From a bacterium (lineage in GTDB: Bacteria; Zhuqueibacterota; Zhuqueibacteria; Residuimicrobiales; Krinioviventaceae): a stretch of 64,000 nt of DNA. Location of the stretch: positions 800,001-864,000 of the forward strand of contig CAXXFV010000023.1 of the NCBI GenBank assembly GCA_963674595.2. The letters are read 5' to 3'. Shown here in pieces: positions 41,236-52,035 of the stretch; the stretch's first letter is position 1, and the number at the start of each line of letters is the position of its first letter. The notes below the pieces were generated by a model. The model was given only the letters and a program-made list of their open reading frames with translations. It searched no databases and was not told where the DNA came from. The position numbers and the translations under genes were made by a program.

Positions 41236-42699
41236 TCAGCTTTCGATACGGTAGTTAGGAGCCTCTTTGGTAACCATCACATCATGGACATGTGACTCCC
41301 TTACTCCCTTATCTGAAACCTTGATAAAAACAGCCTTCTCCTGGAGTTCCTCAATCGTGGCGGCCCCGCAGTAACCCATACCAGCCTGCAAACCTCCGAG
41401 CAGAACTGAAATAAATGGCTCCAGCCCTCCCTTGTAGGGAACCCGCCCCTCAATTCCTTCAGGCGCTAACTTCTTAAGCCCGGGTTTCTGCTCATGGCCA
41501 TATCTGTCAGTTCCATATCCGACTGCCATTGCACCCAGGGATCCCATCCCCCTGTAGGACTTGTAGCTGCGGTTCTGGTAAAAAATAAGCTCCCCCGGAG
41601 ACTCGTCCGTGCCGGCAAAAAGATTCCCGATCATCACTGAATCAGCACCTGCTGCCAGGGCTTTTACAATATCTCCGGAATACTTGATTCCGCCGTCGGC
41701 AATAACCGGAAGCCCCAGTGTGGAAGCAACTTCAACCGTGTCCGTAATAGCTGTAAACTGGGGAACCCCGGCGCCTGTCACAATCCTGGTGGTACAGATG
41801 CTTCCCGGCCCCATTCCGACCTTGACAGCATCAGCCCCGACATCAAACAATTCCCGGGCCGCCTCGCCGCAGGCAATGTTGCCGGCAATCACATCCGCCC
41901 TTTTCAGGTTGGCTTTGAGCTGCCTGACAGCATCCATTACCCTGCCGGTATATCCGTGAGCTGTGTCCACCGTAATAACGTCAACCCCGGCTCTCTCAAG
42001 TTCCATGGCCCTTTCCAGAAAGTCACCGGAAACACCAACTGCCGCCCCAACCCGCAGGCGTCCTTTTTCATCCTTGCTGGCATCGGGATAGGCAATTGAT
42101 TTCATCATATCCTTGTAGGTGATCAAACCGCGCAGATAATAATCCTCATTGACCACCAGCAGCTTTTCAATCCTGTTTTCATGGAGTTTCCGCTTCGCTT
42201 CTTCCAGGGAAATCCCCTCCTTGACAGTTATCAGCTTGTCCTTGGTCATCAGTTCAGAAGCCCGCATTTCCAGGTTATCCGCGAACCTCAGGTCCCTGTT
42301 GGTCAGAATACCCCGCAATCTTCCGTCCTCTTCCGTCACAGGTACCCCAGAAATCTGGTATTTATCCATGCAGGCGAGAACTTCCTTCAGCGGCGTATAA
42401 GGCCTAACCGTCACAGGATCCGGAATCATTCCTGATTCAGAACGCTTCACACGGTCCACCTCAGATACCTGCGCCTCAATCGTCAGGTTCCGGTGAATGA
42501 TCCCTATACCCCCAAGTCGGGCCATGGTTATGGCAGTACGGGATTCCGTCACAGTATCCATGGCGGCAGAGGAGATCGGAATGTTCAGTGAAAGGTTCCG
42601 GGTAAGCCTGGTGGCCAGCTTGGCTTCAGCCGGCGCCACATCAGATCTGATCGGTTTCAATAGAACATCATCAAAGGTTAAAGCTTCTTTAAGTTCCAT
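41236..42699 (-). CDS. guaB: IMP dehydrogenase
   Basis: [19 protein letters not shown] pair, GPGSICTTR and YRGMGS motifs. Confidence 0.98.
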   Translation of the reverse strand: MELKEALTFDDVLLKPIRSDVAPAEAKLATRLTRNLSLNIPISSAAMDTVTESRTAITMARLGGIGIIHRNLTIEAQVSEVDRVKRSESGMIPDPVTVRPYTPLKEVLACMDKYQISGVPVTEEDGRLRGILTNRDLRFADNLEMRASELMTKDKLITVKEGISLEEAKRKLHENRIEKLLVVNEDYYLRGLITYKDMMKSIAYPDASKDEKGRLRVGAAVGVSGDFLERAMELERAGVDVITVDTAHGYTGRVMDAVRQLKANLKRADVIAGNIACGEAARELFDVGADAVKVGMGPGSICTTRIVTGAGVPQFTAITDTVEVASTLGLPVIADGGIKYSGDIVKALAAGADSVMIGNLFAGTDESPGELIFYQNRSYKSYRGMGSLGAMAVGYGTDRYGHEQKPGLKKLAPEGIEGRVPYKGGLEPFISVLLGGLQAGMGYCGAATIEELQEKAVFIKVSDKGVRESHVHDVMVTKEAPNYRIES

Positions 42700-42787
42700 C
42701 TACGGATTATATCAGGTTGAAGCAATACGAGGAATTAAAAACAAAGCTTTTTCTCTTTAATCTGAAATAAATCCAGGCAGAATTCCC

Positions 42788-42863
42788 AGTCCACTCAGTC
42801 CACCCTGTCCACTCAGTCCACCTGGTCCACCCTGTCCACTCAGCCCACCTAACCCACTCAGTC
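42788..42863 (+). repeat. 9-bp tandem repeat (GTCCACnnn)
   Basis: gtccactca/gtccaccct/gtccacctg units, about 8 copies, in the divergent guaB-BMC intergenic region. Confidence 0.8.
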
Positions 42864-43051
42864 TATTACCAAGATCGATACGCTTTCAATAACGACAAAT
42901 ACTCCTCAAAAACAGGCTGAAATTACAAAATTAGAGATATAAATTGCAAAAAAAGATATAATTCCATCAAAAAATGATAGAATTATTGCAGAATTTATCA
43001 GATAATAGGCTGTACTTATAATTTTCACGCTGATAATCGTGGTTGGCACTG

Positions 43052-44392
43052 ATGAGTAAAATGGCAGAAGAGGCTTTAAAAAAAATCAGGATGGCCGGAG
43101 TTTGCGGAGCCGGAGGTGCCGGGTTTCCGACCTACGCGAAACTGGGTGCCCAGGTGGACACCATTATCCTGAATGCTGCCGAATGTGAACCCCTTCTCCA
43201 CAAAGACAAGGAAATCCTGCGTCATCACCTGGACACAGTGCTGGAAGGATTATCCGCTGCAGCCAGCCTGATCGGCGCTTCCCGGGCCTGCATTGGGATA
43301 AAGGAAAAATATCACAGCCTTATCGATCAGCTCAGGCAGGCTTCCCCTCCGGGTATTGAAGTAGTTACTGTCAAAGATGTATACCCGGCCGGAGATGAAA
43401 TAACCCTGGTATACAACGTTACCGGACGAATTGTCCCGCCCGGCGAAATACCCCTGGCCGTAAGCGCTGTGGTTATTAATGTTGAAACAGCATTTAATGT
43501 AGCCCGGGCCCTGGCTGGTTACCCGGTGACCGAAAAATTTCTGCCCATAGCAGGAGCTGTTAAAAATCCCTGTACCCTCAGGGTACCTGTCGGCATCAGC
43601 TTTGAAGAGTGTATCCAGGCCGCCGGAGGGCTTGCCACCGACACACCCGCTTACCTGATCGGCGGGGTTATGATGGGGCGGCTGGCACAGGATTCCACCG
43701 GCCGCGTCACCCGGACCACCGGCGGAATAGTTGTGCTGCCTGCAGATCACTCCTTAGTGGCAAGGTACAATAAAACCTGGAAAGAAAAAGCCCGCATCGG
43801 GCGCAGCGCCTGCGACCAGTGCGGCTTCTGCACAGAACTCTGCCCCCGTTACCTGCTGGGGCACCCGGTTGAACCGCACCTGGCAATGCGCAGCCTGGTG
43901 TTTAACCAGGTCGGAGACTCCCTGATCAAGGGAAGCAGCTTCTGTTGCGAATGCAACCTCTGCAGCCTCTTTGCCTGCCCTGAAGCCCTGGACCCCAAAG
44001 ACGCCTGCGTATGGAACAAGTCTGAACTGGCGGCAAGCGGACAGAAATGGGAAAATCCGGCGTTCCGGCCCCGCTCGGCCGAAACACTGCTGCCAAACCG
44101 GCAGGTCCCGACATCCAGTTTAATGGCCAGGCTGGACCTTAATCAATTCAACAACCGCGGCCCTCTGCGGAGCGAACCGGTAAGCACCGGGCGGGTCGGA
44201 CTTATGCTTAAACAGCATATCGGAGTTCCCGCCTCGCCCGCAGTAAAAGTGGGAGACAGCGTGAGTATCGGCGACATTGTCGCGTCAGTTCCCGGGAAAG
44301 GCGGCAGCGAACAGCTGGGCCTTCCGATCCATGCCTCGATATCCGGGCGGATTTCGGAAATAACCAAGGATATGGTCTGGATAGAATCATGA
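43052..44392 (+). CDS. PduS/RnfC-like flavin Fe-S oxidoreductase
   Basis: GAGGAGFPT, NAAECEP, SLBB domain, CDQCGFCTELCP and CCECNLCSLFACP clusters, C-terminal QHIGVPA sandwich. Confidence 0.9.
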   Translation: MSKMAEEALKKIRMAGVCGAGGAGFPTYAKLGAQVDTIILNAAECEPLLHKDKEILRHHLDTVLEGLSAAASLIGASRACIGIKEKYHSLIDQLRQASPPGIEVVTVKDVYPAGDEITLVYNVTGRIVPPGEIPLAVSAVVINVETAFNVARALAGYPVTEKFLPIAGAVKNPCTLRVPVGISFEECIQAAGGLATDTPAYLIGGVMMGRLAQDSTGRVTRTTGGIVVLPADHSLVARYNKTWKEKARIGRSACDQCGFCTELCPRYLLGHPVEPHLAMRSLVFNQVGDSLIKGSSFCCECNLCSLFACPEALDPKDACVWNKSELAASGQKWENPAFRPRSAETLLPNRQVPTSSLMARLDLNQFNNRGPLRSEPVSTGRVGLMLKQHIGVPASPAVKVGDSVSIGDIVASVPGKGGSEQLGLPIHASISGRISEITKDMVWIES

Positions 44393-44949
44393 GCAATCCA
44401 AAAGTAATAGGAGCCCTGGAATTATCCAGCGTCGGGATAGGTTATAAAGTCCTGGACCGGATGCTTAAAGCAGCCGCGGTAGAAATTATCCTTGCCCGGA
44501 CAATCTGTTCCGGCAAATACCTGATTATCCTGGGCGGAACCGTTTCCGACGTGGAATCAGCTATGGCCGCGGGCAGGGAATCCGGCGAGGGCGCGCTGAT
44601 TGACGAACTGGTCCTCACCTCGGTCCACCCTTCAGTATTCCCGGCACTCGGCCAGTCAGTTTCCATAACCGGGGAACAGCTGGGGGCGCTAGGTATCGTT
44701 GAAACCTTCAGCGGCGTCAGTATCCTGGCGGCGGCTGACGCGGCGGCCAAGGCGGCAGCAGTCACCCTCTTCCGGGTCCATGTGGCCATGGCCCTGGGAG
44801 GAAAAGGTTTTTTGCTGCTGACAGGGGAGCAGGCAGACGTGGAAGCTGCTGTTTCCGCCGCTGTGGCAGAAGCAGGCAAAAGGGGTTTATTGGTAAGCCA
44901 GGTGGTTATCCCCAGGCCTGAACCATCACTCATCAGTGAATATATTTAA
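44389..44949 (+). CDS. BMC-T shell protein, PduT-like
   Basis: Two BMC domains; TICSGKY carries the pore Cys; ATGA overlap with the PduS-like gene. Confidence 0.9.
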   Translation: MSNPKVIGALELSSVGIGYKVLDRMLKAAAVEIILARTICSGKYLIILGGTVSDVESAMAAGRESGEGALIDELVLTSVHPSVFPALGQSVSITGEQLGALGIVETFSGVSILAAADAAAKAAAVTLFRVHVAMALGGKGFLLLTGEQADVEAAVSAAVAEAGKRGLLVSQVVIPRPEPSLISEYI

Positions 44950-44966
44950 TAAATAAAATTAAAAAA

Positions 44967-45740
44967 ATGGCAACTTACGAAAGCATCGGACACCGCAGGG
45001 ACCGCATCACGGAGCTGGTAACCCAGAGAGGATATGTATCTCTTTCGGACCTGGGAAAATTCCTTGATATCAGCGACAGCACTGCCCGGCGTGACCTGGA
45101 AGCCCTGGAGCTTAACGAAGTCCTGACCCGCACCCGGGGCGGGGCGGTATGTAAACAGTACAGCTCAGTCCAGCGCCTGGAACTGGTTGACCGTGAAACC
45201 AGCATGGCTGAGGAAAAAAATGCCATAGCCCTCCTGGCCGCCGGCCTGATCCAGGAGCAGCAGCTGGTTATAATCAACGGCGGGACAACCTGTTACGCCC
45301 TGGCTTCAGCCCTGGCCGGGCGCAGGGTCAGCGTAGTGACAAATTCCGTGCCTGTAGCCTCACTGCTCTCCGCTGATTTCCAGACGGAAGTTACCTTGAT
45401 CGGAGGATATCTCTATCCCCGCACCGGAGTGGCACTGGGAATTGAAGCCCAGGAACAGATGGCCTCAATCAGGGCTGACCTGTTGATTACAGGGTGCGGA
45501 GGCATCAGCGAAGATGAAATTTTCAACATAAACCAGATGATGGCTGATATGGACAGCACCATGATGAATTCGGCAGACCGGGTTATCCTGCTGGCCGACA
45601 GCAGCAAATTCGGGCGGAGCGGCCTGGCCCGCGTAGGCGGCCTGGCTGATGTTAACACCATAATTACTGACAAAGGGCTCAGTGAAGAATGGAAAAGGAA
45701 ACTGGCCTCCCTTTCCATTGAAGTACTAATAGCCGGGTAA
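44967..45740 (+). CDS. DeoR/GlpR family regulator (PvmR-like)
   Basis: SDSTARRDL..LE HTH, RTRGGA, VVTNS and LADSSKFG motifs. Confidence 0.93.
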   Translation: MATYESIGHRRDRITELVTQRGYVSLSDLGKFLDISDSTARRDLEALELNEVLTRTRGGAVCKQYSSVQRLELVDRETSMAEEKNAIALLAAGLIQEQQLVIINGGTTCYALASALAGRRVSVVTNSVPVASLLSADFQTEVTLIGGYLYPRTGVALGIEAQEQMASIRADLLITGCGGISEDEIFNINQMMADMDSTMMNSADRVILLADSSKFGRSGLARVGGLADVNTIITDKGLSEEWKRKLASLSIEVLIAG

Positions 45741-45772
45741 ACCGGAAACATTTGAATACAGGAACAGGATTT

Positions 45773-46465
45773 ATGAACAGTTTAAACATTCCCATGCCCA
45801 GGGAGCAGGTAGAAAGGGTCGTTCGACAGCTGGTCCGGGAGCAGTTTGCCAGCCGGATGAAGGCGGGTGAAACAACCTTTACAGCTGAGTATTACCCGAA
45901 CCTGGTAGTAAACATATCTGCCCGCCACGTACACATTACCCAGGAAGACCTGGAAAAACTTTTCGGCAAGGGGTCAGAGCTGACCGTGTTCCGCTGGTTA
46001 TATCAGCCTGGAGAATTCGCCGCTGAACAGCAGGTAGCTATCGTTGGCCCCAGACAGAAGATGATCAGCCAGGTCAGGATACTCGGGCCGACCCGCAAAA
46101 AAACCCAGGTGGAGCTGAGCTTTACGGACTCAATCGCACTCGGAATCGACGCCCCCTGCCGCCCTTCCGGCAGCCTGGATGGCACTCCGGGGTGCATACT
46201 GGTGGGACCTGCCGGGCACGTTGAACTGAAGCAGGGCGTGATCAGGGCCGAAAGGCATGTGCATATGAACCCGGCTGACGCGGCCTTTTACGGTTTCAGC
46301 CATGGGCAGAGAGTCCGGCTCCGGGTAACCAGCGACTGCCAGATCACCTACGAAAACCTGCTCTGCAGGGTGAATCCCAAATCCCTGCTGGAAGTACACA
46401 TTGATACTGATGAAGGCAACGCCTGCAACCTGGTAAACGCAACAGACGTGGAACTGCTTCCCTGA
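45773..46465 (+). CDS. PduL-type phosphate acyltransferase with N-terminal encapsulation peptide
   Basis: SARHVH, RILGP, RHVHM and HIDTDEGNA motifs; amphipathic REQVERVVRQLVREQF. Confidence 0.93.
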   Translation: MNSLNIPMPREQVERVVRQLVREQFASRMKAGETTFTAEYYPNLVVNISARHVHITQEDLEKLFGKGSELTVFRWLYQPGEFAAEQQVAIVGPRQKMISQVRILGPTRKKTQVELSFTDSIALGIDAPCRPSGSLDGTPGCILVGPAGHVELKQGVIRAERHVHMNPADAAFYGFSHGQRVRLRVTSDCQITYENLLCRVNPKSLLEVHIDTDEGNACNLVNATDVELLP

Positions 46466-46546
46466 ACTGCGGTTTTGTCCGTTTTCCAGGGAAATAGAAA
46501 CAATAGAAACTTAGAGAACAAATTCAATAATTTAAGGAGATAGAAA

Positions 46547-46831
46547 ATGGCATTACAGGCAATTGGAATGGTGGAGACACGAGGTCTGGTAGCCCTGCTG
46601 GAAGCAAGCGACGCCATGTGCAAAGCAGCCAACGTGGAAATGATCGGCTGGAACAGGGCAGGCGGCGGGCTAGTGACTTCCTTTGTAAAAGGTGAAGTCG
46701 CAGCAGTTAAAGCCTCGGTGGACGCCGGCGCGGCCGCGGCTTCAAAGTTGGGAGAAGTCGTTACTGTGCACGTTATTCCGCGTCCCCACGATGACTTGGC
46801 AGATGCGCTTCCGCCCATAAGCGCGGTGTAG
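46547..46831 (+). CDS. BMC-H hexameric shell protein
   Basis: AIGMVETRG...DAMCKAA...HVIPRPH. Confidence 0.96.
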   Translation: MALQAIGMVETRGLVALLEASDAMCKAANVEMIGWNRAGGGLVTSFVKGEVAAVKASVDAGAAAASKLGEVVTVHVIPRPHDDLADALPPISAV

Positions 46832-46948
46832 GCAATAGACCGGAAAACATGTGACCTAAATCCGGGATGTACCCGGATCATCAGGTTCTAATAAGTTTTT
46901 TTGCGGCGGAATAAACAGATTTTAAGAGATTAAAACCGGAGATAAATA

Positions 46949-47215
46949 ATGAATGCTATCGGCATGATTGAAACCAAGGGAAATATCGGAACGATCGAAG
47001 CAACGGATGCCATGTGCAAAAGTGCTGACGTCAGACTGGTAAAACGTATTGAAATCGGCGGAGGTTTTGTGACCTCCATAGTAGAAGGAGATGTAGGGGC
47101 TGTTAAGGCAGCTGTTGACGCCGGCGCGGCCGCGGCCGGACGGGTAGGCGAACTCGTAGCCTGCAACGTCATCCCCGCGCCCCACAAAGGAATGGTCGAC
47201 ACTTTCCTGAAGTAA
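46949..47215 (+). CDS. BMC-H hexameric shell protein
   Basis: AIGMIETKG...[13 protein letters not shown]...VIPAPH. Confidence 0.96.
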   Translation: MNAIGMIETKGNIGTIEATDAMCKSADVRLVKRIEIGGGFVTSIVEGDVGAVKAAVDAGAAAAGRVGELVACNVIPAPHKGMVDTFLK

Positions 47216-47260
47216 GGGCTGTGAAAGCCCGGGGACAATGTTGTTATTCCGGATATACCC

Positions 47261-48457
47261 ATGTCAATAAAAATTCTTGTAGCAAATATCGGCTCAACCA
47301 GCTTTAAGTTCCGTCTCTTTGAGATGGAGACAGAGACTGAACTGGTCTCAGGCGGAGCTGACCGCATCGGGCAGGATGGTGGAATTCTCAGGTTCAACCG
47401 TCCCGGCCGGAACGAGGAAAAGCAGCCGCAGTCCTACTCCAATCATGGAGAAGCTGTCCGTGACATCCTGCAGCGCCTGGTGGCCTCAACTGTGCTGGAA
47501 AGCCTGGGGGATCTGGATGCCATTGCCTTCAAGGCTGTCATGGGAGGAGACTTGCCTCCGGTCACGAAGGTTACCGAAGAAGTTCTTTCGCAAATGGAGT
47601 ATTTCTCTCCCGTGGCCCCGGCTCATAATCCGCCCTATGTGGCTGCCATGCGTATGTTTGCAGAAGTACTGGAAGGAACTCTCCTGGTTGCCGCGTTTGA
47701 TTCCGGATATCACCATACCAATCCGGAACGCCGGCGCAGATACGCGATTCCCGCGGAGTGGGCTGATTCTTACGGAGTAAAGCGCTACGGGTACCATGGA
47801 GCATCACACCGCTACACCGCCAGGAGGATGAGAGAACTGATGCCCGGCGCTGACCGGGTGATCAGCATGCACCTGGGCGGAAGCAGTAGTATCTGCGCTA
47901 TCAAGAGCGGTGTTTCAGTTGCCACCAGCATGGGGCTCTCCCCCCAGTCCGGGCTGCCGCAAAGCAGCCGGGTCGGTGACTTTGACCCCTTCGCCCTGGA
48001 CCTGCTGCGGAGAGGCGCAAACCTTGATACGGACGAAATTCTCCGCATACTGGGATCCAAAAGCGGTTTACAGGCACTCAGCGGCACCAGCGGCGACATG
48101 CGGGATATCGAGGATGCCATGGACCGGGGATCCCCGGCAGCCATCCTGGCCTTTGATGTTTACGTTACTGCCATTCGCGACTACCTGGGAGCTTACCTGG
48201 CGGAACTCGGCGGAGCTGATGCCATAGCCTTTACCGGGGGCATCGGCCAAAAATCCGATAAAGTGCGGAAAAGCGTGTGCAGGGGCCTTGCTTTTGCCGG
48301 GATTGCTTTAGATCTGGAGAAAAACAGGTCCACCAGGAAAGAAAACCGGATAGACAGTGAGGATTCCCGGACAGCTGTCTGGGTATTGGAAACCAATGAA
48401 GAGCTGATCGTGGCCAGGCAGGCCGCGGAATTATTAAATGCATCAAAACGAAATTAA
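47261..48457 (+). CDS. Acetate/propionate family kinase
   Basis: ANIGSTSFK, APAHNP, RYGYHGASH, HLGGSSS, FTGGIG and TNEELIVAR motifs. Confidence 0.93.
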   Translation: MSIKILVANIGSTSFKFRLFEMETETELVSGGADRIGQDGGILRFNRPGRNEEKQPQSYSNHGEAVRDILQRLVASTVLESLGDLDAIAFKAVMGGDLPPVTKVTEEVLSQMEYFSPVAPAHNPPYVAAMRMFAEVLEGTLLVAAFDSGYHHTNPERRRRYAIPAEWADSYGVKRYGYHGASHRYTARRMRELMPGADRVISMHLGGSSSICAIKSGVSVATSMGLSPQSGLPQSSRVGDFDPFALDLLRRGANLDTDEILRILGSKSGLQALSGTSGDMRDIEDAMDRGSPAAILAFDVYVTAIRDYLGAYLAELGGADAIAFTGGIGQKSDKVRKSVCRGLAFAGIALDLEKNRSTRKENRIDSEDSRTAVWVLETNEELIVARQAAELLNASKRN

Positions 48458-48490
48458 ATAAATCCGCGGTTTATTTCCGCGGGAAAACAA

Positions 48491-48793
48491 ATGGAGACAG
48501 GAACAATGGACGAAGCAATTGGAATGATTGAGACAAAGGGGCTGGTTGCGGCTATTGAAGCCACTGATGCCATGCTGAAGACTGCCAAAGTCGAATATGT
48601 CGGGACAGCAAAAGTCGGAAGCGGTTACGTGAATGTCGTGGTTAAAGGCGATGTAGCAGCCTGTAAAGCCGCGGTTGACGCTGGCGCGGCCGCAGCCGGG
48701 CGTATCGGCGAAGTCGTTTCAGTGCATGTTATACCCAGGCCGCACGGCGAGGTATCTGCTGTACTCCCCAAGCTATCCGCCAAAAAAGGATAA
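48491..48793 (+). CDS. BMC-H hexameric shell protein
   Basis: AIGMIETKG...GDVAACKAA...HVIPRPH; alternative start at 48506. Confidence 0.96.
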   Translation: METGTMDEAIGMIETKGLVAAIEATDAMLKTAKVEYVGTAKVGSGYVNVVVKGDVAACKAAVDAGAAAAGRIGEVVSVHVIPRPHGEVSAVLPKLSAKKG

Positions 48794-48915
48794 CTGGGTA
48801 GAGTTCAGTGAAATGTCAGCCGCAAGGCAGGCAAAATAATCGTCCGCGGACTTTATTTATGAATTAATTATTTTATTTATTTATAAAACCGTGACTTTTC
48901 AGGAGTTAAATAGAC

Positions 48916-49224
48916 ATGTTTATGGCCAGAGTTAAGGGCAACGTAGTTACGACCCAGAAAGTCGAAAAAATGAAAGGGCGGAAAATGCTGGTGGTCGAAC
49001 CTGTCCGGGTAAACCCGGATAACAGCGGAATCATCGGTACCGGCCGTTCCTTTATCGCTGTTGACACTCTCGGGGCCGGCACAGGCGAACTGGTGGTTAT
49101 CACCCAGGGATCCAGTTCCAGGATGACATCAGGCACTTCTGACGCACCGGTTGATTGCGTCATCATCGGGATAATTGATTCGGTTACCATTATGGGCGAC
49201 AAGCTTTACGAGACCGATCAATAA
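48916..49224 (+). CDS. BMC-P pentamer (EutN/CcmL family)
   Basis: ARVKGNVVTTQK, AVDTLGAG.GE.V, GSSSR and PVDCVIIGIID motifs. Confidence 0.95.
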   Translation: MFMARVKGNVVTTQKVEKMKGRKMLVVEPVRVNPDNSGIIGTGRSFIAVDTLGAGTGELVVITQGSSSRMTSGTSDAPVDCVIIGIIDSVTIMGDKLYETDQ

Positions 49225-49340
49225 AGGTTCCAGTCAAGTGATAATCACGGCATCCAGTATCAGAATTCTTAATATAAAAACGGTTGTAAACCCGCATATT
49301 CCTCAAACCTGCGGGCCAGATCAAAGGGAAGAGCATTATT

Positions 49341-50870
49341 ATGCAAGGCCTTAATGAAAACGAAATAAAAGCAATGGTGGAAAAGGTACTCACCCATCTG
49401 GAAGGTGGATGGAGCAGCCAGGAACCTCCGGTTCCGGGAAAATCCGCTACTCCGCCCATAGGACAGACCTCTGTGCGGTGGAATGGTTCATCTCCACAGA
49501 CCGCCGCCTATAACAGCAGCTTCAGCTTTTCGCCGGCTGCCGCAAATGGTCAAAGGGGCCTTTTCAGCAACGTCAACCAGGCAGTTTCAGCCGCCGAGAA
49601 CGCCCAGAAAGCACTTAACCGGCGTTCCCTGGCCCAGAGAAAGCAGATCTGCGAAATCATCATGAATATCTGCCGGGACCAGTCAGAAGAACTGGGCAGG
49701 CTGGAATATGAAGAAACCCGGGTCGGGCACGCCGCCCACAAGCCGGAAAAGATGAGGATCGTAGCTGACTCCGCTTTGGGTGTGGATTACATAACTTCCG
49801 AATGCTTCAGCGGCGATCACGGCATTACCGTGGAAGAACACGCCCCCTGGGGAGTAGTCGGGATTATTACCCCGGTTACCCATTCCCTGCCGACACTGGC
49901 CAATAACGCCATCAACATCATCGCGGCCGGTAATTCACTGGTCTGCAACCCCCATCCGGGTGGAAAAAAGATTGCGGCTACCGGAGCAAGGCTGTTTAAC
50001 GAAGCTATCTATAAAGAGACCGGCATAGATAACCTGATCTGCGTTATTACTGAACCAACCCTGGAAACCGCCAACCAGATTTTCACCCATCCAGGCGTGA
50101 ACCTGTTAGGCATTACCGGAGGACCGGGTGTTGTTGCCGCAGCCCTTAAATCCGGAAAACGCGCCATCTGTGCCGGGCCCGGAAATCCCCCGGTCGTGGT
50201 GGACTCCTCCGCTGACCTGAATAACGCGGCCAACTGCATCATCGAGGGAAGCACCTACGACAACAACCTGTTATGCCTCTCCGAAAAAGAAACATTCGTG
50301 GAAGCTTCTGTCTTTGATGCTTTTATGAACGCCCTGGTCCGGGCCGGAGCCTGCAAGCTCACTACCCAGCAAATGGACAAGCTGGCTGAAATCTGTCTGG
50401 TAAAAGGTCAAAACGGACACTGGGCCGCCAACAAGGAATATGTAGGCGCTGAACCGCAAGTGATTGCCCGGACTATCGGGGTATCAATCCCGCCTGAGTG
50501 CCGTATGCTCTTCGGTGAAACCGGGCCTGAGCATGCCTGGGTAATGGCCGAACAGATGATGCCGGTTATGCCGGTGGTCAAGGCTTCTACTTTTGAACAG
50601 GCTGTGGAATACGCGAAAAAAGCGGAGCACGGGTTCAAGCACACCGCTGTAATCCATTCCCGCCTGGTGGATCACATGACCCACATGGGCAAGGAACTGG
50701 ATACTACCCTTTATATTAAAAACGGCCCTTCCCTGGCCGGAAACGGTTCCGGCGGAGAAGGTTATGGAGGCTGGTCAATTGCCTGCGGTACCGGGGAGGG
50801 CATTGCCACTCCCATGACCTATACCAGGCTGCGCCGGTGTTCCATGATCGATAACCTGAGGATACTTTAA
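49341..50870 (+). CDS. CoA-acylating aldehyde dehydrogenase (PduP/EutE-like) with encapsulation peptide
   Basis: PWGVVGIITPVT, TGGPGVV, AGPGNPPVVVD and NNLLCLSEKE (catalytic Cys); N-terminal NENEIKAMVEKVLTHL. Confidence 0.93.
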   Translation: MQGLNENEIKAMVEKVLTHLEGGWSSQEPPVPGKSATPPIGQTSVRWNGSSPQTAAYNSSFSFSPAAANGQRGLFSNVNQAVSAAENAQKALNRRSLAQRKQICEIIMNICRDQSEELGRLEYEETRVGHAAHKPEKMRIVADSALGVDYITSECFSGDHGITVEEHAPWGVVGIITPVTHSLPTLANNAINIIAAGNSLVCNPHPGGKKIAATGARLFNEAIYKETGIDNLICVITEPTLETANQIFTHPGVNLLGITGGPGVVAAALKSGKRAICAGPGNPPVVVDSSADLNNAANCIIEGSTYDNNLLCLSEKETFVEASVFDAFMNALVRAGACKLTTQQMDKLAEICLVKGQNGHWAANKEYVGAEPQVIARTIGVSIPPECRMLFGETGPEHAWVMAEQMMPVMPVVKASTFEQAVEYAKKAEHGFKHTAVIHSRLVDHMTHMGKELDTTLYIKNGPSLAGNGSGGEGYGGWSIACGTGEGIATPMTYTRLRRCSMIDNLRIL

Positions 50871-50871
50871 G

Positions 50872-51135
50872 ATGCGATTAGGACTGGTTGAAGGAACCGC
50901 GGTATCGACAACTAAACACCCATCCATGGTGGGTTACAAGCTGCTGTTAGTGCAGCCCCTGGATGCCAGGGGCAAGGTCGGCCCTGAGGATGATCCCCTC
51001 CTGGTAGTAGACACCATCGGGGCCGGGCACGGGGTAAAAGTGGTTATCAGCAATGACGGAAGAGCGGCAAGAGAACTGGTCGGAGACACAACCAGCCCGG
51101 TACGCTGGACCGTGATCGGCATATCAGATGATTAG
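50872..51135 (+). CDS. BMC-P pentamer (EutN/CcmL family)
   Basis: GTAVSTTKHPS, VDTIGAG and PVRWTVIGI motifs. Confidence 0.93.
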   Translation: MRLGLVEGTAVSTTKHPSMVGYKLLLVQPLDARGKVGPEDDPLLVVDTIGAGHGVKVVISNDGRAARELVGDTTSPVRWTVIGISDD

Positions 51136-51185
51136 GAAAAATCGACATCCTTCCTGGGGATATTCCCCGGAGGGCAAGGGATAAT

Positions 51186-51998
51186 ATGGATCCGGAACTT
51201 ATAAACCAGATAGTAAAGGAAGTAAAAAACTCCCTGCAGCAGGACGGGCAAATCAATCTGTCCGCCGCGGCCGGAACTGCTTTCCCCGGGGACAGTGTTC
51301 GCGGCCGTAACGAAGATTTTCTGAAAAGAATCTTCGTTACTGCCGATGACCTGCTGGCCCGGATCACTGCAGGCGGTTCCTCCTCAGTGGAGCTGGCTTC
51401 CAATGAATTTCTCACACCGGCAGCAGCGGACCTGGCAGCGCGCCGAAAAATCGGAATCACCCGGAAAACAGAGTCCCTGAACAGGCCCGTTTCCAGACCG
51501 GTACCGGCGCAGAAATCGATTCCAACCTGGAAGGATGTTCCGCTTTCAGCTTCCCGGAACAGTACCGGCACCGGCCCCGTCGGGCTGATCACCTATTTCC
51601 CTGATGAAAAAACCGATTCCGTGCTGCAAGCCCTGGCCCATGACGGGATCTTTTTCACTGACTGCACTGACGATGAATGCTGGATGGTGAACCTGTTAGG
51701 CCTTTGCCGCAGGATCACTGCCGGCTCCCTGTCTCTCGGAGTAGCTCTTTTCCCCTTTGGAGCTGACGCTCTCATAATGGCCAACAAGGTCCCGGGAATC
51801 AGGGCTGTACAAGGGACAAAAATCGAATCAGTCGCGGCTTCGGTGCGCAGGCTCAGCACCAACCTGCTAATCCTGGAGCACCGGGTTTCAACCTTTCACG
51901 AGCTGCGGGCCATGACCAGGATTTTTGTGCAGAACCGGATGGTCTCCGGCCTCGCTGACGACGTGATCAAAAAAATTGAAGAAGTCGAAAAACATTAA
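51186..51998 (+). CDS. PvmL-like protein with degenerate RpiB/LacAB-like C-terminal domain
   Basis: MDPELINQIVKEVKNSL encapsulation peptide, LTPAAAD motif, ANKVPGIRA...NLLIL RpiB-like segment. Confidence 0.75.
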   Translation: MDPELINQIVKEVKNSLQQDGQINLSAAAGTAFPGDSVRGRNEDFLKRIFVTADDLLARITAGGSSSVELASNEFLTPAAADLAARRKIGITRKTESLNRPVSRPVPAQKSIPTWKDVPLSASRNSTGTGPVGLITYFPDEKTDSVLQALAHDGIFFTDCTDDECWMVNLLGLCRRITAGSLSLGVALFPFGADALIMANKVPGIRAVQGTKIESVAASVRRLSTNLLILEHRVSTFHELRAMTRIFVQNRMVSGLADDVIKKIEEVEKH

Positions 51999-52035
51999 AC
52001 CAGGCCGGCAATAACGGATCCTGGGAAAGAGAATA

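Noticed and set aside
42788-42863. Tandem repeats here and at 34438 as a possible CRISPR array
   Set aside because: Units are 9 bp with no unique spacers, and no cas genes are in the window.
46721-48695. Shared gacgc(c/t)ggcgcggccgc motif in three places
   Set aside because: It encodes the conserved DAGAAAA helix of the three BMC-H paralogs.
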